Positions 1 to 10,197 are shown, numbered from the stretch's first letter. The stretch: 64,000 nt of DNA from Thermoanaerobaculia bacterium (GCA_963781065.1 CAWAET010000022.1:29055-93054), one strand, 5' to 3'. Made by a program: numbers and translations. The notes: generated by a model not told the origin, from the sequence alone.

Positions 1-1
1 C

Positions 2-1240
2 TTCGTCGGCTACGGCATCGAGGCGCCCGAGTACGGCTGGAACGACTACAAGGACGTCGACGTCAGCGGCAAGGTGCTGCTGATGCTCAACAACGACCCC
101 GAGTGGGACCCCGAGCTGTTCGCCGGCGAACGGCGCCTCTACTACGGCCGCTGGACCTACAAGTATCAGGAGGCCGCCAGGCGCGGCGCCGCCGGCGCCG
201 TCATCATCCACACCACGCCGTCGGCGGGCTACCCCTTCCAGGTCGTCCAGACCTCCTGGACCGGCGAGCAGTTCGAGCTGCCGGGCTCGCCGCGCAGCCA
301 GATCGAGGCCTGGTTGACCGAGGAGGCGGCCGTCAAGCTGGCCAAGCTGGCGGGCCAGGACCTCCAAGCCCTGGTCGAGGCCGCCCGCTCGGCCGACTTC
401 CAGCCGGTGCCGTTCGACGTCACCACTTCGCTGGCCCTGACCAACGAGATCCGCGAGGTGGAGACCGCCAACGTCGCCGGCCTCCTGCGCGGCTCGGACC
501 CCGTCCTCGCCGACGAGGTCGTGGTCTACACCGCACATCACGACCATCTGGGGGTCGGTGAGCCCAACGACCAGGGCGACACGATCTACAACGGCGCCCT
601 CGACAACGCCAGCGGCTGCGCCCAGCTGCTGGCCATCGCCAAGGCGTTCTCCGAGCTGCCCGAGCCGCCCCGCCGCTCGGTGCTGTTCCTGTTCGTCGCC
701 GCCGAGGAGCAGGGGCTGCTCGGCTCCGCCTACTACGCCCGCAACCCGACCTTCGCGCCGGGACGGATCGCCGCCAACATCAACCTCGACGGCGGCAACA
801 TCTGGGGCCGCACCACCGACGTGGCCTTTATCGGCTACGGCAAGTCGAGCCTCGACGCGGTGGTCGAGGCGGCGGCGGCGCGGCAGGGCCGGACCGTGGT
901 CGGCGACCAGTTCCCCGACAAGGGCTACTTCTACCGCTCCGACCAGTTCAACTTCGCCAAGATCGGCGTGCCGGCAATCTACCTCGACACCGGAGCCGAG
1001 TTCGTCGATCGGCCCGAGGGCTGGGGCAAGGAGCAGATCGACGCCTGGACCGAGGTCCACTATCACCAGCCCAGCGACGAGCTGACCGACGAGTGGGACT
1101 ACGCCGGCATGGTCGACGACGCCCGCCTGGCCCTCGAATGCGGCCTGGCGGTGGCCGAGTCCGACGCGGCGCCGGCCTGGGTGCCGGGCGACGAGTTCGA
1201 GGCGGCTCGCAAGCAGGCGCTGGCGGCGCTCGGCGGCTAG
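2..1240 (+). CDS. M28 family metallopeptidase (aminopeptidase type), 5' end outside the window
   Basis: The frame of ORF 74..1240 stays open to the window edge. Motifs HHDHLG, NGALDNASG, AAEEQGLLGS and YHQPSD are typical of M28 zinc ligands. Confidence 0.8.
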   Translation, partial: FVGYGIEAPEYGWNDYKDVDVSGKVLLMLNNDPEWDPELFAGERRLYYGRWTYKYQEAARRGAAGAVIIHTTPSAGYPFQVVQTSWTGEQFELPGSPRSQIEAWLTEEAAVKLAKLAGQDLQALVEAARSADFQPVPFDVTTSLALTNEIREVETANVAGLLRGSDPVLADEVVVYTAHHDHLGVGEPNDQGDTIYNGALDNASGCAQLLAIAKAFSELPEPPRRSVLFLFVAAEEQGLLGSAYYARNPTFAPGRIAANINLDGGNIWGRTTDVAFIGYGKSSLDAVVEAAAARQGRTVVGDQFPDKGYFYRSDQFNFAKIGVPAIYLDTGAEFVDRPEGWGKEQIDAWTEVHYHQPSDELTDEWDYAGMVDDARLALECGLAVAESDAAPAWVPGDEFEAARKQALAALGG

Positions 1241-1314
1241 CGCCCGAGGGGCAGCCCCCGAGGGCCTCGCGCGGGCCGGCGCGGGCGGCCCGGAAGGCGG
1301 CCCGCGGCGGCCGG

Positions 1315-1554
1315 CTACTCGAGGTTCGAGTGGGAGCCGTCGCACATCGGCGAGTTGCCGGTGTGCTTGCACTGGCAAAGCGCCACCCGGCGGCTCTCCT
1401 CGAGCTCGAACTTCAGCGGCTCGAAATCGGTGCTCGAGTGGGAACCGTCGCAGAACGGCTGGTTCTGCGACAGCCCGCAGCGGCACCAAAAGTACGTCCC
1501 GGCCTCGAGCTCGAGAACGGCGGGCAGGCGATCGGCGATCCTCGGTTCTGTCAT
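1315..1554 (-). CDS. CDGSH iron-sulfur domain protein (two CDGSH motifs)
   Basis: The 79-aa ORF contains CDGSHSS and CDGSHSN, each preceded by a C-x-C (CRC, CQC). Confidence 0.85.
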   Translation of the reverse strand: MTEPRIADRLPAVLELEAGTYFWCRCGLSQNQPFCDGSHSSTDFEPLKFELEESRRVALCQCKHTGNSPMCDGSHSNLE

Positions 1555-1627
1555 GCCGACATCCTAACCCAGGGCGCCGGGCGGAGCGACGAGGCGCCCG
1601 GAGGCGAAGCCCGGCCGGAGACCCCCC

Positions 1628-1740
1628 GTAGCGGTCGACCTCCGTGTCGACCGTCCGGCGACGCGTCGATGACGACCGACCCGGGTATCGACCGTCGGGT
1701 GATCAGGACGACCTCGGTCGACACGGAGGTCGACCGCTAC
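1628..1740. repeat. 26-nt perfect inverted repeat forming a 113-nt stem-loop abutting the add stop codon
   Basis: Direct reading: arm GTAGCGGTCGACCTCCGTGTCGACCG at 1628-1653, its exact reverse complement at 1715-1740, 61-nt spacer. The spacer contains the palindrome CGACGCGTCG. Confidence 0.9.
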
Positions 1741-2798
1741 GGGACTACGACCGCCTCCCCCAACTCCTCCTCGCCGATCCGAGCAAAGCTCCGCCGGAAC
1801 TCGGCCTCCAACCGCTTCTTCTCCGCCGCCGGCACGAAGGCGTGCCGCACCGCCGCCAGCGAGAAGCCCGCCAGCCTCTCCGGCGGGTAGCCCCAGGTGC
1901 GGTGGACCCGGCGGTACTCCTCGTTCAGGGTGACGTCGAAGAAGGCCGGGTCGTCGGTGTTGACCGTCACCTCGACTCCGGCCGCGGCCAGGCGGTCGAA
2001 CGGGTGCTCCTCCAGGCTCGGCACGGAGCGCAGGGCGACGTTGGAGCTGGGACAGACCTCGATGGGGACGCCGGCGGCACGCAGCTCTTCCATCAGCGCC
2101 GGGTCCTCGGCGGCGCGAATGCCGTGGCCGATCCTCTCCGGCCGGCAGACGGCCAGCGCCGAGCGGATGTTGTCGGCATCGGTGTTCTCGCCGGCATGGG
2201 CCACCCGGTGGAGGCCCTGGCGCTCGGCCTCGGCGAAGTGGTCGCCGAACGGCTCGTCGGGCTCGGACTCGAAGCCCGACAGGCCCAGCGCCGCCACCGT
2301 CCGATGGCGCTCGGCCAGCGCCCACTCCAGGGTCAGGTCGGCCTGGCCGGGCAGGTTGCGGACGATGTCGGGGATCAACCGCAGCACGACGCCCCGCCGC
2401 CGCCGCCCCTGCTCGACCGCCTCGGCCATGGCGTCGGCCAGCTCGCCGACGTTGACCCCGTTGGCGGCGTGGATGCCGACGGTGAGGTGGGCCTCACAGT
2501 AGACGACGTTCTGGCGCTCGAGCTCGGCCAGCAACTGGTCGGCGACGAGCTGGAAGTCCTCCGGATCGCGCAGGCACTCGAGACAGGCCAGGTAGATGTC
2601 GACAAACTCGGCGAAGTCCTCGAAGCGGAACCAGCGCCGCACCCCCTCGACGGTCGTCGCCGGCAGGTCGACGCGGTGACGCGCCGCCAGCCGCAGCAGC
2701 GTCGCCGGCCGGATCGAGCCCTCGAGGTGGAGGTGCAGCTCCGCCTTGGGCATCCGGGCGATGAAGCGGCCGACCCGGTCCGGGCCCGGGCGGCTCAA
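1737..2798 (-). CDS. add: adenosine deaminase
   Basis: Motifs PKAELHLHLEGS, HAGE and TVNTDDPAFF. The longest ORF starts at a TTG that overlaps the coaD stop. An internal ATG (MPKAELH) is an alternative start. Confidence 0.85.
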   Translation of the reverse strand: MSRPGPDRVGRFIARMPKAELHLHLEGSIRPATLLRLAARHRVDLPATTVEGVRRWFRFEDFAEFVDIYLACLECLRDPEDFQLVADQLLAELERQNVVYCEAHLTVGIHAANGVNVGELADAMAEAVEQGRRRRGVVLRLIPDIVRNLPGQADLTLEWALAERHRTVAALGLSGFESEPDEPFGDHFAEAERQGLHRVAHAGENTDADNIRSALAVCRPERIGHGIRAAEDPALMEELRAAGVPIEVCPSSNVALRSVPSLEEHPFDRLAAAGVEVTVNTDDPAFFDVTLNEEYRRVHRTWGYPPERLAGFSLAAVRHAFVPAAEKKRLEAEFRRSFARIGEEELGEAVVVP

Positions 2799-3316
2799 GG
2801 ATCGCTCTTCTGGCGCCGCGCGCGCAGCTCGGCCATGCGCTCGAGCACCGGCGCCGGCACCAGGCGGTCGAGCTTGCCGCCGAGAAAGAAGACCTCCTTG
2901 ACCAGCCGGCTCGACAGATAGCTGTACTCCTCCTTGGGGGTCAGGAAGACGGTCTCCATCCGCGGGTCCAGCTGGCGGTTCATCAGCGCCATCTGGAACT
3001 CGTACTCGAAGTCCGACACCGCCCGCAGGCCGCGGACGATGGTGCGGGCGCCGATCTGGTCCATGAAGTCGACCAGCAGGCCGGAGAAGCTCTCGGCCCG
3101 GCAGTCCGGCAGGTCGGCCAGCAGCCCCTCGAGCATCGCCACCCGCTCGTGGACGGCGAAGGTCGGGCTCTTCTCCTCGTTGTTGAGCACCGCCACCACG
3201 ACCTCGTCGAAGATCGGCCGGCAGCGGCGCACGATGTCCATGTGGCCGTTGTGGATCGGGTCGAAGGAGCCGGCGTAGACGGCGATGCGGGGCTCATTGA
3301 TCGGCGGCCGGCTCAT
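2795..3316 (-). CDS. coaD: phosphopantetheine adenylyltransferase
   Basis: The 173-aa C-terminal part of ORF 2795..4102 begins at the ATG at 3314-3316. It carries YAGSFDPIHNGHMDIV and SDFEYEFQMALMN. ATGA overlap with the upstream gene stop. Confidence 0.9.
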   Translation of the reverse strand: MSRPPINEPRIAVYAGSFDPIHNGHMDIVRRCRPIFDEVVVAVLNNEEKSPTFAVHERVAMLEGLLADLPDCRAESFSGLLVDFMDQIGARTIVRGLRAVSDFEYEFQMALMNRQLDPRMETVFLTPKEEYSYLSSRLVKEVFFLGGKLDRLVPAPVLERMAELRARRQKSDP

Positions 3317-5502
3317 CGGGTCGCCCTCGTCAGGTCGATGGTCACGGTGTTGAACGCCGCGTCGACCACCCGCAGCAGGACCAGCCGCGCCGCGCTCGGC
3401 CAGTCGACGATCAGCGTCTCGCGGCGGCCGTCGAGCAGGCCGTCGGCCGAGCTCAGCGATCGCCAGGGGCCGCCGTCGGCGCTGACCTCGGCCGAGCGCA
3501 GCGGGTTCCAGGCGTCCGCCACCTCGACCCGCAGACCGCCCTGGCGGCGCTCGATCTCGACCAGCGCCGGCGGCGTATGGTCGATCAGCACCGGCTCGCT
3601 GATCTCGGCCGCCGTCATCGCCTCCTCGAGGCTGTTCTCTTGCCGGTCCGAAGCCCGCAGCCGGAACCGGTAGAGGCCGTCCGGCAGCGCGCTGGCGTCG
3701 AAGCCGTAGTGGTCCGTGTCGAGCTTGTCGGCGACCGGCAGCCACGCCTCGTCGCCGCCGTCGACGCGGAACGTGAGCTCGTAGACGAGCTCGTCGCCAT
3801 TGGGGTCCTCGGCCTTCCAGCGCAGGCTGCGGTAGCCGCGCTTCCACAGCGTCTTGTACCGCTGGTCGGCGCGCGGCGTGCCGGTGTCCAGGGTGGTGAA
3901 GATCCCCTCGCGGTTCGGGTGCACCGGCTCGAAGACCTGGTTGGCGGGGTTGAAGGAGGTCGGCACCAGGATCTCGCCGGGCTCGAGGACGGTGAAGCTG
4001 TCGATGCTCGGTGGCAGGTTGCCCTGGAGATAGGAGACCACCACCTCGCTGAGCTCGGGCGAGGCCGATGCCGCGGCCGCGGCATCGAGCTCGGCCCGCC
4101 ACTGCAGATAGCGGCCGGGCGCGAGATCGGCCAGCGGCACCTCGCGGCCGGCGGCGGCGGCCGTCCAGTCGCTCCAGGTGGCGTCCGGCGAAGCGCTCAT
4201 GCCGCTGCGGGCCGCGAACCGCACCCGGGCGCCGTCCGGCAGGCGGCCGCGCCAGCGCAGGCTGCCGAAGTCGGCGATCTGCTCGGCGTCCAGCGCCGGG
4301 CTGGTGAAGGTGCCGTGCCGCTCGCTCTCGGCCGACAGCCGGTAGAGCGCGGCGGCGTTGGTGGTGGCGAAGGCCGGCCCCGGCTCGTCCGCCAGCAGGG
4401 CGACCAGCTGGCGCTCGTCGACGTCCTTCTCGAGCACCATGTCACCGTCGCGGAAGCTGTACAGCTTGCCCTCCTGGCCGGTGGCCACCCACAGCCGGTC
4501 GCGGTGCCAAAGCAGGGCGTAGGCGGTCTCTTCGGTGAACTTCCAGACCGACTCCACCCGGCCTCGCGGCGAGATCCGCACCAGCTCGGAGCGGGCCCCG
4601 GCAAAGCCGCTGGGCCGGCTGCCGCTGGCGGCGTCCGGCTCGCCCTCCGCGACCACGGTCACGGTGGCGGTGCCGCCCTCCTCGCCGGCGTCCTCCTTCT
4701 TGCTCTCCTTGCCGGCGCTCTCGCGCTTGCCCAGATCGGTGAAGCTCGCCTCCGAGGCCAGCAGGACCGCATAGCACCAGCCGTCGGCGCCGGCGGCAAG
4801 CGCCACCACCTCGGGCTGGACGCCGTCGTACAGGGTGCGCGCCCGGCCGCTGGGATCGATCCGCAGGATCAGGCCCTCGCCGGCCGTGCCGGCCAGCAGA
4901 TCGCCTCCAGGCAGCGGCTCGAGAGAGCGCAGGTGGGTGTCCTCGCTATCGAACAGCACCTCGCCCTCGCCCCCGGCGTCGACCTGCCACAGCCGCCCCT
5001 CGGTGCCGGTGGCGACCAGCAGCCGGCCCGCCGCCGACCGGGCGATCGCCCAGATGTAGGTCTCGCCGGGGTCGAAGAAGGGCTCCGCCTCGCCGCCGGC
5101 GATGCGGTAGACCTTGCCGTTGGGCGAGGTGCCGGCAAAGACCGTACCGTCGTCGTCGGCCCAGACCGCGAAGACCTCCGGCTCGGGGGCCGAGAACAGG
5201 GTCTCGACCCCACCGGCACGGTCCACCAGCATCACCTTGCCGCCGTTGCCGGTGCCCAGCACCCAGCCGTCGGGGTGGGGCGCGGCGGCGAACAGGAACG
5301 GCTCGCCGATGGTCGCCAACCGCGAGGCGCGGTCGGCCAGCCGCAGGGTGCCCAGCGGGTCGACGCTCAGACCGTCCAGGGTGCCGCCGAGAAACGCCTC
5401 CCGAGTGTTCAGCCGGAAGAAGCGCACCTCCGCCCGCGCCGCCGGCGCCACGGCGGCCGCCAGCAAGATTGTGGTTCCGATCGCCGCCAGTCGCCGCCTC
5501 AT
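3313..5502 (-). CDS. secreted hypothetical protein (beta-propeller-like N-terminal region, Ig/FN3-like C-terminal region)
   Basis: Signal-peptide-like N-terminus MRRRLAAIGTTILLAAAVAPAARA and coding-like composition. The repeated blades are judged by eye only. No named family recognised. Confidence 0.6.
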   Translation of the reverse strand: MRRRLAAIGTTILLAAAVAPAARAEVRFFRLNTREAFLGGTLDGLSVDPLGTLRLADRASRLATIGEPFLFAAAPHPDGWVLGTGNGGKVMLVDRAGGVETLFSAPEPEVFAVWADDDGTVFAGTSPNGKVYRIAGGEAEPFFDPGETYIWAIARSAAGRLLVATGTEGRLWQVDAGGEGEVLFDSEDTHLRSLEPLPGGDLLAGTAGEGLILRIDPSGRARTLYDGVQPEVVALAAGADGWCYAVLLASEASFTDLGKRESAGKESKKEDAGEEGGTATVTVVAEGEPDAASGSRPSGFAGARSELVRISPRGRVESVWKFTEETAYALLWHRDRLWVATGQEGKLYSFRDGDMVLEKDVDERQLVALLADEPGPAFATTNAAALYRLSAESERHGTFTSPALDAEQIADFGSLRWRGRLPDGARVRFAARSGMSASPDATWSDWTAAAAGREVPLADLAPGRYLQWRAELDAAAAASASPELSEVVVSYLQGNLPPSIDSFTVLEPGEILVPTSFNPANQVFEPVHPNREGIFTTLDTGTPRADQRYKTLWKRGYRSLRWKAEDPNGDELVYELTFRVDGGDEAWLPVADKLDTDHYGFDASALPDGLYRFRLRASDRQENSLEEAMTAAEISEPVLIDHTPPALVEIERRQGGLRVEVADAWNPLRSAEVSADGGPWRSLSSADGLLDGRRETLIVDWPSAARLVLLRVVDAAFNTVTIDLTRATR

Positions 5503-7394
5503 CTGCCCGTCTCCCCCCTCGTTGCCGGCGGCGCGCTCACCGCCATCGGTTCCGCGGCGCCCGCCGGTGGCGGCGAGTCGCCCGGCGCCACCGGCTCACG
5601 GCGGCGCACCTCGAGATCCACCCGCAGCAGGCCGCTGACCGGCACCGCCAGCCGCCGCTCGCTCTGTTGCGCCACCGCCAGCCGCAGCGGCTGGGCGCTG
5701 CCGGAAGGCGCCGCGGCCCAGATCGACCGTAGCGAGCCCGGCAGCTGCGGCAGGGCCTCGCCGGCCACCGCCAGCCCCGGGCCGCCAAAGACGCCCAGCA
5801 CCACCAGGTCGCGCCGCGAGTGCAGGCCCCGCAGCAGGTCCAGCGCCTGGCGGAAGCGGACCGGCGCCGCGCGCTCGATCGCCATCCGCGCCGCGTCGAC
5901 GCTGGTGCCGTCGCCGACCAGCAGCGTATAGCGGCCGTCCGGCAGGTCGGTGGGCAGCTGGATCGGGATCGACTCGCGAAACAGCTCGCCGCGATAGGCC
6001 ATGAGGTCGAGATTGAGCTCGAGCCGGTCTCCGGGGCGCAACTCGGTCCGGCTGACGTGCGCCTCGACCAGGCGGGCCAGCCGCGGCCGGGGATGCTGCT
6101 CGAGCTCGATCTCGATCGCCGCCAGCTCGACCTCGGCCATCGGGTTGCCGGTCAGAAAACCGGCGAAGGCCAGCAGATAGACCGCCGCTTCGATCCCCGC
6201 CGACTCGCCGTCGAAGCTCTGCTCCACCCGCAGCACGCCATGCTCCGCCAGGTCGAGCTTCGCCCGCATGTCGAGCCCCTGGGCACCGCCCGCCTGGGTG
6301 GCCGCATCCAGCGCCCCCAGCACCGAGATCGCGGCCAGCGTCGGGGTGAGCGTCGGCAGGTGGGCCAGACGCAGCTCGAAGTCCGCCTGACGCTGGCCGC
6401 TGACCGAGATCCGCAACGGCACCGTCGGCGCCAACGCCCCCAGGCGGCCGCGGATGCCGGCCGCCCGGTCGAGCTCGAAGGCCCCCACCACCGAGCCGAG
6501 GTTGGCGATCTTGAAGGAGCTGAACTGGCTCGGCAGCACGGTGATCACCTCGGAGGTGGCCATCGGCACGGCGAGCTCGCCGATGCCGAGGAAGGCGTGG
6601 CCGAAGGCGAGCAGGCTGTCGCCCACGCGGTCGGTGACGGTGCCGGTGGCCGCCATCCGCAGGTCGCCGTCGATCAGCACGCCGGCCACCGAGCCCCCGG
6701 GCACCAGGTCCGCCGGCGTCAGCCGCGAGCTGCCGGCCGGCGAAACGGTGCCGAGGCCGCCGGCCAGCCGCTGCCGGCTGGGCTCGCCAAAGCCGACGGT
6801 GCTCCACATCAGGCCGGAGCCGAAGCGGTCCGCCGCCTGCGAGCGCAACCGCCCAAGACCGTCGACGAGCAGATCCCGCGGCAGGTCGTTGGCCGCCAGC
6901 TGGTCGAGGGTCACCCCCGGCTCGCCGCGCGCCGGGCCCTCGGTGCCGGCCGGCACGGCGTAGAGCTTACGCATCTGCTCGATCGGCGTGATGCCGGCGA
7001 TCGGCTCGCGCGCGAACGGCCAGGCGAAGGCCACCGCCCCCGCCAACTTGCCGTCGAGATAGACCGGGCTGCCGCTCATGCCGGCGATGACGCCGCTGGT
7101 CTCGAGCCCCTGGCCGCTGAGCCGGGCGAGGATGAAGCTGGTGCCCGGGCGCAGGTTCTCCCAGATGCCCAGCACCTCGACCTCGAAGCGGTCCGGCTGG
7201 TCGCCCTGAAAGACCGACAGACCGTAGCCCCGCTGGCCGGCGCGGACCTCGGTGAGCGGCAGGATCTCCTGCTCGTGGGCGGCGGCCCCGAGACCCGGCA
7301 CCGGGTCCAGCATGGTGCCCGACACCAGCGCCAGCGCCACGATCGTCAGGCGGCACTGGCAGCGGGCGGAGCGCGGGGCGCGACGACGTCTCAT
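5499..7394 (-). CDS. putative SpoIVB-type (S55-like) serine peptidase domain protein
   Basis: The stretch SGVIAGMSGSPVYLDGKLAGAVAFAW resembles the S55 catalytic region. Start and stop overlap both neighbouring genes. Confidence 0.55.
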   Translation of the reverse strand: MRRRRAPRSARCQCRLTIVALALVSGTMLDPVPGLGAAAHEQEILPLTEVRAGQRGYGLSVFQGDQPDRFEVEVLGIWENLRPGTSFILARLSGQGLETSGVIAGMSGSPVYLDGKLAGAVAFAWPFAREPIAGITPIEQMRKLYAVPAGTEGPARGEPGVTLDQLAANDLPRDLLVDGLGRLRSQAADRFGSGLMWSTVGFGEPSRQRLAGGLGTVSPAGSSRLTPADLVPGGSVAGVLIDGDLRMAATGTVTDRVGDSLLAFGHAFLGIGELAVPMATSEVITVLPSQFSSFKIANLGSVVGAFELDRAAGIRGRLGALAPTVPLRISVSGQRQADFELRLAHLPTLTPTLAAISVLGALDAATQAGGAQGLDMRAKLDLAEHGVLRVEQSFDGESAGIEAAVYLLAFAGFLTGNPMAEVELAAIEIELEQHPRPRLARLVEAHVSRTELRPGDRLELNLDLMAYRGELFRESIPIQLPTDLPDGRYTLLVGDGTSVDAARMAIERAAPVRFRQALDLLRGLHSRRDLVVLGVFGGPGLAVAGEALPQLPGSLRSIWAAAPSGSAQPLRLAVAQQSERRLAVPVSGLLRVDLEVRRREPVAPGDSPPPAGAAEPMAVSAPPATRGETGR

Positions 7395-8074
7395 GGTGGT
7401 GGCGCCGGCTCGTCCCGCGCCGCCCGGATGGGCAGGTCCGGGACCCGCCGGCGCAGGTCGGCAATAGGATAACTCCCGCGGCGCAGAACCGTCAGCCGGC
7501 CCTCGCCCAGGGCCAGCAGGGTCGACGGCGGCCCGCCGGCGAGACGGCCGCCGTCGACGATCGCGGCGTCGCAGCCGGCCAGCAGGCCCGGCAGCTCCGC
7601 CGGATCGGTGACCGGCGGATCGCCGCTACGGTTGGCGCTGGTGGCGGTCAACGCCCGGCCGAGACCGCGGAGCAGGCGCAGCAGCGCCGGACAGTCCGGC
7701 AGCCGAACGGCCAGGGTTCGCCCGCCGGCGGCCGCCGGCATGCCCGGCGCGGCCGGCACGACCAGGCTCAGCGGCGCCGGCCAGAGGGCCGCAAGCCGAC
7801 GAAACAGCGGCTCGCCCACCGCAATGCCGAGGGCCGCCAGCTGACCCAGGTCGGCCGCGACCACCGGCAGCGGCTGGCCCGCCTGACGCCCTTTGAGGCG
7901 GTAGATCGCCGCCACGCCGCGCGGATCGCGTGGATCGGCCGCCAGCCCATAGCTCGACTCGGTGGGCACCGCCAGAACACCGCCGCGGTCGAGCAGCCGG
8001 CCGAGCGGCGCCAGGGGGTCGCCCGGGCGCCAGCGGCGCGGCGGCGCCGGATCGGAGCGACCGGCGGCCGTCAC
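7391..8074 (-). CDS. tsaC: L-threonylcarbamoyladenylate synthase (YrdC/TsaC domain)
   Basis: Motifs AVPTESSYGLAADP and IYRLKGRQAGQPLPV. GTG start overlaps the recN stop. Confidence 0.75.
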   Translation of the reverse strand: MTAAGRSDPAPPRRWRPGDPLAPLGRLLDRGGVLAVPTESSYGLAADPRDPRGVAAIYRLKGRQAGQPLPVVAADLGQLAALGIAVGEPLFRRLAALWPAPLSLVVPAAPGMPAAAGGRTLAVRLPDCPALLRLLRGLGRALTATSANRSGDPPVTDPAELPGLLAGCDAAIVDGGRLAGGPPSTLLALGEGRLTVLRRGSYPIADLRRRVPDLPIRAARDEPAPPP

Positions 8075-9792
8075 GCTTCGCCCGCCGCCACGGCGATCAG
8101 CTCGCGGGCGTGGGAGAGAGAGAGCTTCGTGACGTCGCGGCCGGCGAGCATGCGGGCAATCTCGCGCACCCGTGGATCCCCCGTCAGGGTCTCGACGCCG
8201 GTCTCGGTGCGCCCCCCGGCCTGCCGCTTGATCACCCGCAGGTGGCGCGCCCCGTGGCTGGCGACCTGCGGCAGATGGGTGACGACCAGGATCTGGCCGC
8301 CACGCGATAGCCGCTGTAGCTTGCTGCCCAGCGCCGCCGCCTCGGCGCCGCCGATGCCGGCGTCGACCTCGTCGAAGATCAGCGTCGCCGGCAGCGCCTC
8401 GCCGCTGCCTCGAACCGCCAGCTGCAGCGCCAGATAGATGCGCGAAAGCTCACCGCCGGAGGCGACCCGCGCCAGCGGTCCGGCCGGCTCGCCCGGGTTG
8501 GCGGCCAGCTGGAAGACGACCCGGTCGTAGCCCTCCGCCGCGAACTCCACCGGCTGGCCGGCCACCCGGAGCGGGCTGCCCTCCCGCCGCTGGCGCTCGA
8601 GCCGCACCGAGAACCGCGCCCTGGCCATCGCCAGCTCAGCGAGCTCGCGGTGCACCCGGCCGGCCAGCCCGCGGCCCCAGGCGGCGCGCTGCCTGGACAG
8701 CTCGGCTGCCGCGGCGGCGTACTCGTCGAGCGCCGCCGCGACCCCCTCCTCCAGCTCGGCGCGGCCCTCGGCGTCGGCGTCGAGCGTCGCCGCCTCGGCC
8801 GCCAGCCGGGCCCGCTCGGCCAGCACCCCGGCGCTGTCGCCGCCGTACTTGCGCAGCAGGGGCTCGATCGCTGACAGCCGCTGCTCGACCCGGTCCAGCC
8901 GGCGTGGATCCACCTCGACGCCGCGCAGCCGCTCACGCACCGCCACGGCCAGCTCCTGCAGCCGGATCCGCGCCTCCTCGAGCTCGTCGAGCCAGGCCGG
9001 CACCTCGGGCAGCCACTCCGACACCTCCTCCAGCTGCCGCTGGGCCCGCGCCACGCGCACCACGGCCGCGTCCTCGTCCTCCAGCAGCAGGCTCTCGGCC
9101 GCGGTCAGGGCGCCGCCGATCGCTTCGGCGTGCCGCAGCACGGCGCGCTCGCGGCGCAACTCGTCCTCCTCGCCGGCGGCCAGCTCGACCGCGTCGATCT
9201 CGCCGACCTGGAAGCGCAGCAGATCGAGCCGCTCACGGCGCTGGCGCTCGTCGCCGCTGACCCGCTCGAGCCGGTCGGCCAGATCGCGGTAGGCGCGGTA
9301 GGAAGCCGCCACGCCCCGGGTGAGCTTCGCCGCCTTCTCGCCGCCGCTGCGATCCAGCCAGGCGCGCTGAACCTCGGCCGAAAGCAGGCCGAGCTCCTCG
9401 CGCTGGGTGTGGATGCGCAGCAGGCCGGCGGCGAGGTCCCCCAAAAGCCTCAGGGTGACCGGCTGGTCGTTGACGAAGACCCGGTTGGGCGCCTCGCGGT
9501 GAACCTCGCGGCGCACCACCAGCTGGTCCTCGCCGGCATCGAGCCCGGCCGCGGCGAGCAGCCGCCGCTCGGGCTCGCCCAACGGCGCGAAGACGCCGGC
9601 CACCGACAGGACGTCGGCGCCGGCACGGATCGCTTCGCCGCTGGCGCGCGCCCCGGCCAGCAGCGCCAGCGAGTCGACGACGATCGACTTGCCGGCGCCG
9701 GTCTCGCCGGTGAGCACGTTGAGGCCGGGGCCGAACTCGACCTCGACGTCGGCCAGCACGGCGAGGTTTCGGACGTGAAGCGTGCGCAGCAT
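8071..9792 (-). CDS. recN: DNA repair protein RecN
   Basis: N-terminal Walker A (LTGETGAGKSIVVDSL), a long coiled-coil middle, and C-terminal ASGGELSRIYLAL plus LIFDEVDAGIGG. Confidence 0.9.
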   Translation of the reverse strand: MLRTLHVRNLAVLADVEVEFGPGLNVLTGETGAGKSIVVDSLALLAGARASGEAIRAGADVLSVAGVFAPLGEPERRLLAAAGLDAGEDQLVVRREVHREAPNRVFVNDQPVTLRLLGDLAAGLLRIHTQREELGLLSAEVQRAWLDRSGGEKAAKLTRGVAASYRAYRDLADRLERVSGDERQRRERLDLLRFQVGEIDAVELAAGEEDELRRERAVLRHAEAIGGALTAAESLLLEDEDAAVVRVARAQRQLEEVSEWLPEVPAWLDELEEARIRLQELAVAVRERLRGVEVDPRRLDRVEQRLSAIEPLLRKYGGDSAGVLAERARLAAEAATLDADAEGRAELEEGVAAALDEYAAAAAELSRQRAAWGRGLAGRVHRELAELAMARARFSVRLERQRREGSPLRVAGQPVEFAAEGYDRVVFQLAANPGEPAGPLARVASGGELSRIYLALQLAVRGSGEALPATLIFDEVDAGIGGAEAAALGSKLQRLSRGGQILVVTHLPQVASHGARHLRVIKRQAGGRTETGVETLTGDPRVREIARMLAGRDVTKLSLSHARELIAVAAGEA

Positions 9793-9825
9793 AGGACCTG
9801 CCCGGGTCGAGATCGCCCGACCGTG

Positions 9826-10197
9826 CTAGGCCGAGGGGATGAACTCCGGGTCCTCCTGTGCCCGTCGCTCGAAGCTCAGGAACTCGTAGTAGCCGCACCG
9901 CGGCTCGCCCGGGTACTCGCGACAGATCCCCGGCCGGGCTTCGTAGATCGTACAGCGACGCTCATCCGGATCCAGGAAGCGGCAGACCGACTTGTAGATG
10001 TGGTCCTTGCGGTGCCGCAGGACCCGCTCGCCCTTCTCCTCGCCCTTCTTGGTGTACTTGCGGCGCGCCGTCTCGAGATCGACGCCGAAGTGGGCCGCCA
10101 GCCGCTTCAGGTCCTTCTTCGAGACGATGACCCGCGGGTAGGAGCAGCAGTACGCCGGGCACAGGCTGCAGTCGTAGGAGGGCGCCATCGGTGGCAA
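9826..10197 (-). CDS. YkgJ-family cysteine-cluster protein (CxxCxxxCC)
   Basis: Motif CSLCPAYCC plus later Cys residues. The longest ORF starts at TTG 10197. An ATG at 10186-10188 is an alternative start. Confidence 0.7.
   Translation of the reverse strand: MPPMAPSYDCSLCPAYCCSYPRVIVSKKDLKRLAAHFGVDLETARRKYTKKGEEKGERVLRHRKDHIYKSVCRFLDPDERRCTIYEARPGICREYPGEPRCGYYEFLSFERRAQEDPEFIPSA

Noticed and set aside
3328-3334. Additional single copies of the heptamer. CGTCAGG occurs at 3328, 7344, 26719 and 55133. CCTGACG occurs at about 6386, about 7874, about 19088 and about 31629.
   Set aside because: All are solitary with no 11-nt-spaced partner. Nearly all lie inside coding sequence with no -10-like hexamer at the right distance. 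Single 7-mers at this frequency are expected by chance.
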